DNA of 64,000 nt, taken from IMG/VR virus record IMGVR_UViG_3300031784_000003. The stretch is one strand, 5' to 3'. Both the position numbers and the translations under genes were made by a program. Positions within the stretch are counted from its first letter, which is position 1. The number at the start of each line of letters is the position of its first letter. Origin of the DNA: a virus. Its lineage: Duplodnaviria > Caudoviricetes. Positions 9,183-19,154 of the stretch are shown here, piece after piece. The notes beneath the pieces were generated by a model. The model saw only the letters and a list, made by a program, of their open reading frames with translations. It was not told where the DNA came from and ran no database searches.

Positions 9183-9194
9183 AAATAAAATGTT

Positions 9195-10988
9195 ATGGAA
9201 AGAGCGGAACAATTAAAAGTATATGCTCGTAGTTTAGGTGACCCAATTTATGCAATAGAAACTTTTTTAAAAACATTCGATTTAACTCAAAGTGGCAACG
9301 TTCCATTTAAATTATTTTATAAACAAAAAGAAATAATTAAATCGTATGAAAAGTATAATCGTAATTTGGTAACTAAACCTCGACAGGCAGGTGTATCCAC
9401 TACCACTGCCGCATATATCGCAGTTAAAACTGCATTTGGTGATCCAGATAACCCACATAAAGTATTGATATTAGCCAACAAACAAACATTGGCACAAGAA
9501 TTCCTTAAAAAAGTTAAAGACTTTTTAGATCAAATACCTTATTGGGTGTGGGGATTAGATGAAGATACAGATTATTTAGAAATAAATTCAAAAGGACATT
9601 TAAAGTTAAAATCAAATGGTTGTGAAATTAGAGCACTTGCAACTTCTAAAGATGCGTTAAGGGGTTTTACTCCGACATTTTTAGTTATGGACGAGGCGGC
9701 GTTTATCGATAATGGTTCTGAAGTTTTTGGTGCGGCGTTGGCTTCATTAGGTACGGGTGGTAAAATATCCCTTATATCTACACCAAACGGTATGGATCCA
9801 TTGTATTATAAAACATATGATGGTGCTAAGAAAAAAGACAATAATTTCAATATAGTTGAGATGAAATGGTATCAAGATGTTAGATATAATAGAAACTTAT
9901 ATTGGAAAAGAGGTGAAGAAGAAACTATTAAATGTAATACTTTAGATAGAACTAAATTGAGGTGGGAATATATGGATAAAATATATGAAACTGATGAATC
10001 TACTATAGAGTATTATGAAATAATGATTAAAGATGGTTGGAAACCATTATCCCCTTGGTATGAAGAAATGGCGGCAGATATGGGGGATGCTAAAAAAATC
10101 GCACAAGAACTTGATGTTTCATTTATTGGTTCAGGGGGTAACGTAGTAGATGATGAATATATCTCATATCACGAAGAAAATTATGTTAAAGATCCTGAAT
10201 TTTCTGCAGAAGTGGAAAAATCTATGTGGATATGGAAAAAACCAGAAGTTGGTCACAAATATATTATGGGTGTCGATGTAAGTAGAGGTGATGGTAAAGA
10301 TAGTTCTACAATAGTAATTTTAGATTTTGAAAATTTAGAACAGGTGGCAGAATTCCAACATAAATTACCTCCCGATATGTTAGCAGAAATAGTCTATAAG
10401 TATGGTAATATGTATAATGCTTACACTATAGTAGATATAACTGGTGGTATGGGTGTTGCAACAGTTTTAAAGTTGTTGGAGATGGATTACAAACATTTAC
10501 ATTATGATGATCCAAAAAGTAGGAAACTTAGTGAAAAATATGCCAAAATGAAATATAAGGAAGGTGAAAAAGTTCCTGGTTTTAATGTAGGTAATACTAG
10601 ATTACAAATGGTTTCTGAATTAGAAGAACATATTAGAGAAAATAAAACTTTAATTAGATCACAAAGAATGATATCGGAGTTAAGAACTTTTGTATATAAA
10701 AATGGTAGACCCGATCATATGGAAGGTTATCATGACGATATTATTATGGCTTTCGCTATGTGTATTTTTGTGGTACAAACATCATTCAAAAAATTAGAAC
10801 AAGTTGAAAAACAAACAAAGGCTATGTTAGAGAGTTGGGTTAATATTTCTAATGATAATCCCTCAAAACCATTAATGGATAATACTTATGTTAACCCTTT
10901 TTATAGTAACACACCAACATATCACCCAAAACAAAATAATGAGACAAATGATAATGGTGAATATAACTGGTTATTCGGTATTAAATAA
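9195..10988 (+). CDS. terL: Terminase large subunit (T4 gp17-like)
   Basis: Walker A KPRQAGVSTT, Walker B LVMDEAAF, ISTPNG, nuclease motifs GVDVSRGDGKDSS and HDDIIMA. Confidence 0.95.
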   Translation: MERAEQLKVYARSLGDPIYAIETFLKTFDLTQSGNVPFKLFYKQKEIIKSYEKYNRNLVTKPRQAGVSTTTAAYIAVKTAFGDPDNPHKVLILANKQTLAQEFLKKVKDFLDQIPYWVWGLDEDTDYLEINSKGHLKLKSNGCEIRALATSKDALRGFTPTFLVMDEAAFIDNGSEVFGAALASLGTGGKISLISTPNGMDPLYYKTYDGAKKKDNNFNIVEMKWYQDVRYNRNLYWKRGEEETIKCNTLDRTKLRWEYMDKIYETDESTIEYYEIMIKDGWKPLSPWYEEMAADMGDAKKIAQELDVSFIGSGGNVVDDEYISYHEENYVKDPEFSAEVEKSMWIWKKPEVGHKYIMGVDVSRGDGKDSSTIVILDFENLEQVAEFQHKLPPDMLAEIVYKYGNMYNAYTIVDITGGMGVATVLKLLEMDYKHLHYDDPKSRKLSEKYAKMKYKEGEKVPGFNVGNTRLQMVSELEEHIRENKTLIRSQRMISELRTFVYKNGRPDHMEGYHDDIIMAFAMCIFVVQTSFKKLEQVEKQTKAMLESWVNISNDNPSKPLMDNTYVNPFYSNTPTYHPKQNNETNDNGEYNWLFGIK

Positions 10989-11004
10989 CATTTAATTTTT
11001 TAAG

Positions 11005-11012
11005 ATATTTAT
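11005..11012 (+). promoter_or_regulatory. ATATTTAT candidate late promoter (portal)
   Basis: Exact 8-mer 25 nt before the ATG at 11038. Confidence 0.55.
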
Positions 11013-11037
11013 TATAATAGTAATAAAATAAAATATA

Positions 11038-12966
11038 ATGGCAAAAAAGACAATATTCCAGCAATTGACAGATTTATTCGGTCCAGAAGTGAAAAGGGAA
11101 CAAAATAAATCTAGATATTCAATTAACGATAAAGAGTTATTACGAACCAAATCAAAGGAAGAATACGAATTTGAGAAATTAAAAAAACAACAAGACGCCT
11201 ACCTTTCAAATATGTGGCAAAAGGTTGATAATGAAATTTACCAGCATTCGATTTATTATGAAACAACTAGATTAGCGTCGTACGCAGATTTTGAGGGTAT
11301 GGAATTTTTTCCAGAAATTTCTGCAGCATTAGATATTATGATGGAAGAATCTACTACTTTAAATTCAGAAAATAAAATGATTACTATTTTTTCCGAAAGT
11401 AAAAGGGTTAGAAGGATATTAGAGGATTTATTTTTTAATCGATTAGATATACACACATCATTACCTATGTGGACAAGAAATACATGTAAATATGGTGATA
11501 ATTTTTTATTCCTAAATATTGATAGTGAAGATGGAATTTTAGGTGTTAAACAACTACCTAATATTGAAATATCTAGAAAAGAAAATGAAGGATTTGGTGA
11601 AAACTCTATGAACTCTGATACGGATAAGTATAATCCTGTAAAATTTATTTGGGGACAAAGGGATATAGAATTTAATGCGTGGCAAGTTGCACATTTTAGA
11701 CTTTTGGGGGATGATAGAAGATTACCTTACGGCACATCAATGTTAGAAAAGGCTAGAAGGATATGGAAACAATTACTATTATCAGAAGACGCAATGTTAA
11801 TATATAGAGTAACAAGGGCACCTGAAAGAAGGATATTTAAAATCTATGTCGGTAACATTGATGAACAAGATGTTCCTGCATATGTAAACAAAATCGCAAA
11901 TAATTTTAAAAGAAGTCCTGTTATTGATCAAAAAACTGGACAAATAGATTCTAGATATAATCAAATGGCACAGGATCAGGATTATTTTATACCTGTAAGG
12001 GATCCTAACGCACCTAGTCCAATAGATACACTACCTGGAGCAACTAATTTATCTGAAATTGCAGATATACAATATTTACAAAAAAAGTTATTCACATCAC
12101 TTAGGGTACCTAAACCTTTTTTAGGTTTTGAGGAGGCAAATGGTGAAGGTAAAAATTTAGCGTTACAAGATATTAGATTTGCTAGAACAATTAATAGGAT
12201 ACAACAATCAATGTTGCAAGAATTAAATAAAATTGCTATCATACATTTATATATTTTAGGTTTAGAGGATGAATTAGAGAATTTTACCCTTACACTTAAC
12301 AACCCATCAACACAGGCAGAAATGCTTAAAGTAGAACAAACACAATTAAAAGTTACTTTATATAAAGACGCAGTTGCAGATGCGGGTAACGGTTTTGGTG
12401 CAATGTCAATGACTAGAGCTAAAAAAGAAATTTTAGGTATGTCAGAAGAAGAAATTAGAAATGATTTAGAACAACAAAGATTAGAAAAGGCGGCAGCTGC
12501 GGAAATGGAACAAACGGCTGAAGTTATTAAAAAGACAGGTATCTTCGATAGAGTAGATAGATTATATGGTGATTTTGACGCATTAGTGTCAGGTGCTGGA
12601 GAAGCTGAAGCGGGTGGTGACACTGGAGGTGGTGACACTGGTGGTTTAGGTTCAGACACTGGTGGTTTAGGCGGTGGTGACACTGGTGGTTTAGGCGGTG
12701 GTGCAGAATCTGGTGGTGCAGAATCTGGTGGTGCCGCACCAACAGAAGAGTCTACTAATAAAAAAGATAATCTATTATTAGAAACTAAAAAAAGAAATTA
12801 CGAAGAAAAAGTTAAAAGATATCAGGGTATATATTTGAAAAGATTGACTGAAAGTTTAGAAAAAAATGAGAACAATTATAATTTAGAATCATTTGAAAAA
12901 AGTGCTGATACCCTTAATTCTAAAATCAATGAGATTACAAATCAAATTGACAATATGATTAATTAA
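11038..12966 (+). CDS. Portal protein (T4 gp20-like)
   Basis: SEDAMLIYRVTRAPERRIFKIYVGN, QDYFIPVR, IDTLPG...IADIQYLQKKLF.SLRVP, QDIRFAR; position after terL. Confidence 0.93.
   Translation: MAKKTIFQQLTDLFGPEVKREQNKSRYSINDKELLRTKSKEEYEFEKLKKQQDAYLSNMWQKVDNEIYQHSIYYETTRLASYADFEGMEFFPEISAALDIMMEESTTLNSENKMITIFSESKRVRRILEDLFFNRLDIHTSLPMWTRNTCKYGDNFLFLNIDSEDGILGVKQLPNIEISRKENEGFGENSMNSDTDKYNPVKFIWGQRDIEFNAWQVAHFRLLGDDRRLPYGTSMLEKARRIWKQLLLSEDAMLIYRVTRAPERRIFKIYVGNIDEQDVPAYVNKIANNFKRSPVIDQKTGQIDSRYNQMAQDQDYFIPVRDPNAPSPIDTLPGATNLSEIADIQYLQKKLFTSLRVPKPFLGFEEANGEGKNLALQDIRFARTINRIQQSMLQELNKIAIIHLYILGLEDELENFTLTLNNPSTQAEMLKVEQTQLKVTLYKDAVADAGNGFGAMSMTRAKKEILGMSEEEIRNDLEQQRLEKAAAAEMEQTAEVIKKTGIFDRVDRLYGDFDALVSGAGEAEAGGDTGGGDTGGLGSDTGGLGGGDTGGLGGGAESGGAESGGAAPTEESTNKKDNLLLETKKRNYEEKVKRYQGIYLKRLTESLEKNENNYNLESFEKSADTLNSKINEITNQIDNMIN
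12613..12735 (+). repeat. Gly-rich coding micro-repeats in the portal C-terminus
   Basis: GACACTGG(T/A)GG x4 and GCAGAATCTGGTGGT x2, encoding GGDTGGGDTGGLGSDTGGLGGGDTGGLGGGAESGGAESGGA. Confidence 0.85.
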
Positions 12967-12984
12967 TTTTTTTACATTTAATCT

Positions 12985-12992
12985 ATATTTAT
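12985..12992 (+). promoter_or_regulatory. ATATTTAT candidate late promoter
   Basis: Exact 8-mer 13 nt before the ATG at 13006. Confidence 0.5.
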
Positions 12993-13005
12993 TAATAAAA
13001 ATACT

Positions 13006-13767
13006 ATGGAAAATTTTGGGAATATAAAAGACACATTTAAAAAAATAATTTTAGAATCTGTGATCAAAAAAGATGAGGACGGCAAAAAATTATTTACTTC
13101 ATTTATAAAAAATTTAAAAGAGAATAAAACACTTAAAAACCAATTCTTAATATATAAAAATTTAGAGAGTAGAAAATTTGAGGATAGACTAGAGGCTAAA
13201 GAATATATACAAGAAAATATTAAATTACTTAAAGAATTAAATAGTGAAGATATTGAGAAAGGTAACTCAAAATTAATTAATCTTTTAAAAGGTAAAAAAA
13301 TAGTAAAAGAAAATGATTCTTTTTATAAAGATATCACATATCTAAGTAGAGTTACTAAAACACCTTCAAACATAGATAAAATAAATGAATCTATGAATAA
13401 TTTAGTTAATCATATGTTAACTAAAGTTGATGAGGTTAGTAAAACAGATAATGTCGCAATTTCACCAACAATTTTAACTAATTTGATGGTTAATAAATTT
13501 AATGAAAAATATAGTGAAATTAGTGAGTCAGATAAAAAGTTAATTAAATCTTTCTTAAACGATGATAAAGAAAAAACTTTTAATAGTTTAATTAGAGAAT
13601 GTATTGATTCTGTAGATAAAAAATTAAATGAAAGTAGTGATTTTGAAATCAAAGATAAACTTTTAAAAGTAAAAGATAAATTATTAAATACAAAATTCGA
13701 TAAAGATAATTTCTTAAATGATATAATTAAATTTAATAATCTTAAAGAAACAATAAATAACGAATAA
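13006..13767 (+). CDS. Hypothetical helical protein of the head module
   Basis: 253 aa between portal and protease; ILES, INES and LNES motifs. Confidence 0.8.
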   Translation: MENFGNIKDTFKKIILESVIKKDEDGKKLFTSFIKNLKENKTLKNQFLIYKNLESRKFEDRLEAKEYIQENIKLLKELNSEDIEKGNSKLINLLKGKKIVKENDSFYKDITYLSRVTKTPSNIDKINESMNNLVNHMLTKVDEVSKTDNVAISPTILTNLMVNKFNEKYSEISESDKKLIKSFLNDDKEKTFNSLIRECIDSVDKKLNESSDFEIKDKLLKVKDKLLNTKFDKDNFLNDIIKFNNLKETINNE

Positions 13768-13770
13768 ATT

Positions 13771-13796
13771 AACCCTCTTAGTGAGGGTTTTTTTTT
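13771..13796 (+). terminator. Rho-independent terminator
   Basis: AACCCTC-ttagt-GAGGGTT followed by a T-run. Confidence 0.85.
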
Positions 13797-13804
13797 AACA
13801 TAAT

Positions 13805-13833
13805 TTGACAATTTAATTTTTTTTTAGTATACT
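13805..13833 (+). promoter_or_regulatory. Sigma70-type promoter
   Basis: TTGACA (13805-13810), 17 nt, TATACT (13828-13833), upstream of the gene at 13874. Confidence 0.55.
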
Positions 13834-13873
13834 TTTACCAAATTTAAATAACAAAATATGATTAGAAAGATTA

Positions 13874-14311
13874 ATGAAATTAGGAAAAGAGATAAAATTA
13901 GATTTATTAGAAAATTATAAAACTAAAATAGGGACAGTTAACAACAAAGAATCAAAAAGTTTATATTTAAACTTTACCGCTTGGGGGGAAATATTAGAAG
14001 ATAATAAAGAACAAAATTATGACACTTTTTTAAGTGGTGTCAGAAAAAAAATAAAACAAAACTTAAACAACAATCTCGATAAAAATTTATTCTTTAATGA
14101 TAGGTATATCGTAGATTTAGATATGAGAACTTCAGGATTCAACATAAATAAAAGGAGTTTTATGTCGTGTGAAATCACACTATTCCAGAAAAAGAATCTA
14201 CCTATCAATCAAACAATAATACTTGAAAATTCAAAAAACATTATTTATGATGTAATAAATAATTGTTTTGAAGGTAATAACGTTTTTAAATTTCATAAGT
14301 CTAAAAAATAA
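13874..14311 (+). CDS. Hypothetical protein
   Basis: 145-aa ORF with its own sigma70-like promoter. Confidence 0.8.
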   Translation: MKLGKEIKLDLLENYKTKIGTVNNKESKSLYLNFTAWGEILEDNKEQNYDTFLSGVRKKIKQNLNNNLDKNLFFNDRYIVDLDMRTSGFNINKRSFMSCEITLFQKKNLPINQTIILENSKNIIYDVINNCFEGNNVFKFHKSKK

Positions 14312-14329
14312 TCTTTTTACTATAATGAT

Positions 14330-14337
14330 ATATTTAT
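14330..14337 (+). promoter_or_regulatory. ATATTTAT candidate late promoter (protease)
   Basis: Exact 8-mer 20 nt before the ATG at 14358. Confidence 0.55.
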
Positions 14338-14357
14338 ATTAAAACTATATCATTATT

Positions 14358-15047
14358 ATGGAAATTTTAAAAAAAAACGATATCAAAAAAAAAGGTATCC
14401 TCATCGAATATGATGCAGGATACATTTCTCCAAAAGATAATAGACATTTTGTAAACGAAGTAAATAAATTAACTCAAGGTCAACCTATAATAGAAGAACC
14501 TTTAGTTGTTTACGCAGTTATGCAAAAATATGGGGTAGAAAATAGAAATGAAAGAGTTTACCCTGAAGCCATTTTACGAAGAGAGGCAGAAAATTATTTA
14601 AAATTAATCAAAGAAAAAAGAGCGTTAGGTGAGGCGGATCATCCAGAATCATCTATAGTTGCGATAAGTAGGATTTCTCACAATGTAGTTGATTTGTGGT
14701 GGGAAGGTAATGTCCTTATGGGTAAATTAGAAATAATTATGTCACCAGGATTTGTCAATCAAGGTATTATTTCTTGTGAGGGTGATAAAGTTGCAAATTA
14801 TATTAGAAAAGGTTTAAAGATTGGTGTTTCTTCCAGAGGTGTTGGGTCATTAGAAAAAGAAAATGGTAGAAATGTTGTACAAGACGATTTTGAATTAATT
14901 TGTTGGGATATCGTTACATCACCATCAACTCCGGGATCTTGGATATATAGTGAAGAACCTTCTAAAGAACAACAAATGTCTGAGTCTACTAATAAGAAAA
15001 ATTCTGATGATTTGAAAAATGGGTTAACTAATTTTTTAATGGATTAA
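14358..15047 (+). CDS. Prohead maturation protease (T4 gp21-like)
   Basis: NERVYP, ALGEADHPES, GVSSRGVGS and FELICWDIVTSPSTPGS motifs. Confidence 0.93.
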   Translation: MEILKKNDIKKKGILIEYDAGYISPKDNRHFVNEVNKLTQGQPIIEEPLVVYAVMQKYGVENRNERVYPEAILRREAENYLKLIKEKRALGEADHPESSIVAISRISHNVVDLWWEGNVLMGKLEIIMSPGFVNQGIISCEGDKVANYIRKGLKIGVSSRGVGSLEKENGRNVVQDDFELICWDIVTSPSTPGSWIYSEEPSKEQQMSESTNKKNSDDLKNGLTNFLMD

Positions 15048-15146
15048 TAAAAAAAATTAAACTTTTTAAAAAACTAGCATATTTATAATTAAATGCAAAA
15101 TTTTGCATACATAATAATTTAATAATAAAAAATTAAAAAAAGAAAA

Positions 15147-16454
15147 ATGGCTGAAAAAAAGAAATCTATCATCGAAGAGGCTTTGCTAGAAGCTAAGTCC
15201 TTAGAGGATGCCTTAAAAGCCAACACGAAAGAAATGCTTTCGGCACACTTGTCGAAAGAAATTGAGAGTATCGTTGAGTCGTCTTTAAAAGAAGAAGATG
15301 AAGAATTAGATGACGATGCTAATTTAAAAGGATCCGAAGATGAGAATGAGGTTGAGTTAGATCTTGACGATGAAGAAAGTACCGAAGAACCAGAAGAAGA
15401 GTTAGATCTTGATTCTTTAGAAAATTCAGAAGAACCAGTTGATTTAGATTTAGATGTTGATTTAGATTTAGATGCTAATGAGGAAGATGAAGATGAGGAA
15501 GAAGAAGATTTTAATCTTAATTTAGGTTTAGAACCTGGTGACGATGAGGAAGTGTTAGACTTAACAGGTGCTTCAGACGAAGAGGTTATCCATGTGTTTA
15601 AAAACAAATTAGGGGATAACGATGAAGTTGAGGTGGTTAAAGATCCAAGTGGTGGTATTCATTTAACAGATAACGAAACAGGAGTAGAGTATTACATTAA
15701 GGAATCTATGGGAGATAGATTTGGTTTTGAGGAAGAAGATGAAGAAGAAGAAAAAGAGTATTGCTCTGAATGTGGGTCAGGATCAATGTATGAAAATGAT
15801 GAAACAATTTATGAAATTCATTTAGACGAAGATTCTCCAATGTATGAAATGTTTAAGGATAAAACCGAAGAAAACTATGATGCAATGGGTGAAGGGGCTT
15901 ACATTGATGAGGAAGATACACTTGATGAGGACAGATTGCAAAGACACAGAAGAAGTGGTGGAAAACAAAGATATCACGGAGCTAGATTTGCAGCAAGAGA
16001 ATCTAAAAATGTTCGTAAACCTTTAATCACTAAAAAACCAAACACAGACACAGTTTCCGAGTCAAAAATAATTAAAGAATATAGAGAGCTTAAAGCTAAA
16101 AATGAAGAATATAAAAAGGCTCTTAATATATTCAAAGACAAACTTAATGAAGTTGCTTTATTTAATACCAACTTAGCGTATGTTAATAGATTGTTCACAG
16201 AACATTCTACAACAAAGAATGAAAAGATGGATATTTTAAAAAGATTTGATAATGCAGAAACTATTAAAGAATCTAAAAATATTTATAAAACGATAAAAAC
16301 TGAGTTGGATAATAAAAAACCAATTAATGAGTCTGTTCAAAATAAAGTTAATAAAACAGTAAAATCTTATAATACTAATAATTTGAACGAATCAACTGCA
16401 TATGTTGATCCACAAATTACGGCTATTAAAGATTTGATGAGAAGAATCTCATAA
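15147..16454 (+). CDS. Scaffold / prohead core protein (T4 gp22-like)
   Basis: Highly acidic coiled-coil protein between protease and capsid genes, with repeated (I/L)xES motifs; ATATTTAT at 15079-15086. Confidence 0.8.
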   Translation: MAEKKKSIIEEALLEAKSLEDALKANTKEMLSAHLSKEIESIVESSLKEEDEELDDDANLKGSEDENEVELDLDDEESTEEPEEELDLDSLENSEEPVDLDLDVDLDLDANEEDEDEEEEDFNLNLGLEPGDDEEVLDLTGASDEEVIHVFKNKLGDNDEVEVVKDPSGGIHLTDNETGVEYYIKESMGDRFGFEEEDEEEEKEYCSECGSGSMYENDETIYEIHLDEDSPMYEMFKDKTEENYDAMGEGAYIDEEDTLDEDRLQRHRRSGGKQRYHGARFAARESKNVRKPLITKKPNTDTVSESKIIKEYRELKAKNEEYKKALNIFKDKLNEVALFNTNLAYVNRLFTEHSTTKNEKMDILKRFDNAETIKESKNIYKTIKTELDNKKPINESVQNKVNKTVKSYNTNNLNESTAYVDPQITAIKDLMRRIS

Positions 16455-16492
16455 TAAATAATAATAAAATAACAAAACAAAAAAAATAAAAA

Positions 16493-18232
16493 ATGGGACA
16501 TTTGTTAAATTCTGGTGAAGTCGGTAATATTGGACTTGAGCACCTAAAGCAAATTAGATCTAAAACTATTACTAAATGGAATTCATTAGGATTCTTAGAT
16601 GGTTTAAAAGGTCATATTAAAGAGAACATCGCACAGTTGTATGAAAACCAAGCGTCTGCTCTATTGAACGAATCAACTGATGCTGGTTCTTCTGGATCAT
16701 TCGAAACAGTTGTTTTCCCAATTGTAAGAAGAGTATTCTCTAAATTATTGGCTAACGACATCGTATCGGTACAAGCGATGAACATGCCAATCGGTAAATT
16801 ATTCTATTTCGTACCTAAAACATCTAACGGTTCATTTGACTTAAATGGTAATGCAACTAACGGTTCTTTACCTGAATGTGTTGTATCTGGATGTGGTGTT
16901 ACGGTAACTGAATTTAGAGCAAAAAATCTTTACGATTTATTTTACAATGATGGATTATTTGACGCATCTAAAGGTAAAAAAACAGTTTATAATGGTGGTT
17001 TAAGACCAGTAGTTTTAAATTCTGATGGTGAAAAAGTTACTACTGCATTTGCTAGTCAACCAAAAGCGGCTGATGGTTCATTTAGAAACCTTAAAGCGGC
17101 TATCACTGGTTTTTCTTCAACAAACGCTGGTAGATTAACTGGACCAGACGGAAATGAGATGGATACTGAATCTTTCTTAGCGTCATTAACACTTACTTCT
17201 GATAACGCAATCTTAGATAAAGATGGTAAAACTATCATTAGTGCTGGTGGTGTAGTTCCTTTCAGATTAGTAAGTCAAAAATATGGTAGAGGTATCGTAG
17301 ATTACACTAACATTTGTAGTCCTGATGGAGAACTTTTGGTAGAGTTAGATTTAACTCACCCAGCATGTATCGATTGTGGTTCTTCTAACTTTGATGGTTA
17401 TATTGGAGCTGCTAGTGGTACATCATTTACAGGTTTATCTGTATCTTGGTCTAGATATGAAACATTAGAATTCGCTACAGAAATGGGTGAAGTATCTTTT
17501 GAATTAGATGAGGTAGTTGTATCGGTTACTGAAAGAAAACTAAGAGCTACTTGGTCTCCTGAATTAGCACAAGACGTTAGTGCATTCCATAACATTGATG
17601 CTGAGGCTGAACTTACGGCTTTATTGTCTGAGCAGGTTGCTGCTGAGATCGATAGAGAGATCTTAAGAGATTTAAGAAAAGGAGCGGCTTGGCAATTGAG
17701 ATGGGATTACAACGGATGGAAAAGAGCTAATAACGGTGGTGGTTTCAACGCATACACTCAAAAAGAGTGGAATCAAACGTTGATTACTAAAGTTAACCAA
17801 ATCTCTGCTCAAATCCATAAATCAACTTTGAGAGGTGGAGCAAACTTTATCGTTGTTTCTTCTGAAGTATCAGCAATTTTCGATGATTTAGAATACTTCC
17901 ACGTATCAAACGCTTCTCCAGAGCAAGATCAATACAATATGGGTATTGAGAAAATTGGTTCATTAGGTGGTAGATATACTGTGTATAGAGATCCATACGC
18001 ACCAGCTAACTCAATAATCATTGGACATAAAGGTAAGTCATTGTTAGATACAGGGTACATTTACGCACCTTACGTACCTCTTCAATTGACTCCAACATTA
18101 CAAAATCCATTCAACTTCGCACCTACTAAGGGTATCATGACGAGATACGCTAAGAAAATGGTGAACAACAGATTCTACGGAACTGTTACTGTTGACGGAG
18201 TTGTAACTTTTGATTTAAATGAATTAAGATAA
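16493..18232 (+). CDS. Major capsid protein (T4 gp23-like)
   Basis: VSVQAMNMPIGKLFY, RKLRATWSPELAQDV.AFHNIDAEAELTALLSEQVAAEIDREIL, YAPYVPL, GIMTRYA. Confidence 0.96.
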   Translation: MGHLLNSGEVGNIGLEHLKQIRSKTITKWNSLGFLDGLKGHIKENIAQLYENQASALLNESTDAGSSGSFETVVFPIVRRVFSKLLANDIVSVQAMNMPIGKLFYFVPKTSNGSFDLNGNATNGSLPECVVSGCGVTVTEFRAKNLYDLFYNDGLFDASKGKKTVYNGGLRPVVLNSDGEKVTTAFASQPKAADGSFRNLKAAITGFSSTNAGRLTGPDGNEMDTESFLASLTLTSDNAILDKDGKTIISAGGVVPFRLVSQKYGRGIVDYTNICSPDGELLVELDLTHPACIDCGSSNFDGYIGAASGTSFTGLSVSWSRYETLEFATEMGEVSFELDEVVVSVTERKLRATWSPELAQDVSAFHNIDAEAELTALLSEQVAAEIDREILRDLRKGAAWQLRWDYNGWKRANNGGGFNAYTQKEWNQTLITKVNQISAQIHKSTLRGGANFIVVSSEVSAIFDDLEYFHVSNASPEQDQYNMGIEKIGSLGGRYTVYRDPYAPANSIIIGHKGKSLLDTGYIYAPYVPLQLTPTLQNPFNFAPTKGIMTRYAKKMVNNRFYGTVTVDGVVTFDLNELR

Positions 18233-18252
18233 TCTTAATTTAAAATAAAGGT

Positions 18253-18283
18253 AAAAAGGGGTAGAAATTTTCTACCCTTTTTT
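18253..18283 (+). terminator. Rho-independent terminator after the capsid gene
   Basis: GGGTAGA / TCTACCC stem flanked by an A-run and a T-run. Confidence 0.85.
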
Positions 18284-18317
18284 ATTTTTTATAATATTTA
18301 TTATTATATTTGTATCT

Positions 18318-19154
18318 ATGAGAATTAAAAAGAAATACGTATTGTTAGAATCTAGGTTAATAGATGTCACATCAGAATTTACTCCACAAGAAAAAAGAAT
18401 TTTAGAAATGTTATATAAAAAATATGGTGTAAGTACATCAGATTTTAATATGTGGAATGTTGCAATAGAATTAATAGAGGACTTTAATTTAGACTACGAA
18501 ACTGCATATTCTTTAGCGAGAACATTTAGTTGGTCCGCTAGAGAACTATTTTCAGAATTCCAACCAATACGTAAAACTATGCCAGTTTATAAATTATTTT
18601 TTGAGAATATTTCTAATTTAATTGAAAGTTATTCCAAAAATAATGAAAATAATTTTACTGTTAGATTAAAATTTAACGGTGATGTTGGTACAGAATCATT
18701 AGAAAATAGAGAGGTGTCATTAAATTCAGGTTATAGGGGTTTCTATATGTATATACCTCTAGAACAATATATAGAAACAGAATATAGGAGATATTACGTC
18801 ACAGGTGAAGATCATGACTTCAGAACTTTATCTGTATCAATAAATTTTAACCCAATAGATTTAAACGGTGAAATACGTGAATTAAGTTATTTTAGTTCAG
18901 ATGAGAGTGAAGATGTAAATACAGAAGAATTTATGGTATCTGTAAAGTATAGAGACATCACCCAATCTATATATGATGATTCAAGTCAAACAAAATTAAT
19001 GTCATTTAAAGTACCTTACCCTAAACCTTTAACTAAAGAAAATATTTTAAATACATTCGATTCAATTATAAAAGATGTTTTAGAATATATGTCTAATACA
19101 ACATTTGATTTACCTGAAGGGGCAAAACCAATAGATATAAATGATTTAATGTAA
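18318..19154 (+). CDS. Hypothetical, possible head protein
   Basis: 278 aa, leader MRIKKKYVLLES; ATATTTAT at 18294-18301. Confidence 0.8.
   Translation: MRIKKKYVLLESRLIDVTSEFTPQEKRILEMLYKKYGVSTSDFNMWNVAIELIEDFNLDYETAYSLARTFSWSARELFSEFQPIRKTMPVYKLFFENISNLIESYSKNNENNFTVRLKFNGDVGTESLENREVSLNSGYRGFYMYIPLEQYIETEYRRYYVTGEDHDFRTLSVSINFNPIDLNGEIRELSYFSSDESEDVNTEEFMVSVKYRDITQSIYDDSSQTKLMSFKVPYPKPLTKENILNTFDSIIKDVLEYMSNTTFDLPEGAKPIDINDLM

Noticed and set aside
2886-9187. Canonical T4 late promoter TATAAATA
   Set aside because: I noticed sense copies only at 2886-2893 and 9180-9187, both adjoining or overlapping ATATTTAT; it is missing before most other late genes.
9195-18232. Inteins or introns in terminase, portal or capsid genes
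   Set aside because: The ORFs are uninterrupted, of ordinary length, and show no splicing or homing-endonuclease motifs.
18305-18312. TATATTTG as a Bacteroidota -7 element
   Set aside because: No TTTG at -33 spacing and only 5 nt to the ATG; the adjacent ATATTTAT explains the site better.
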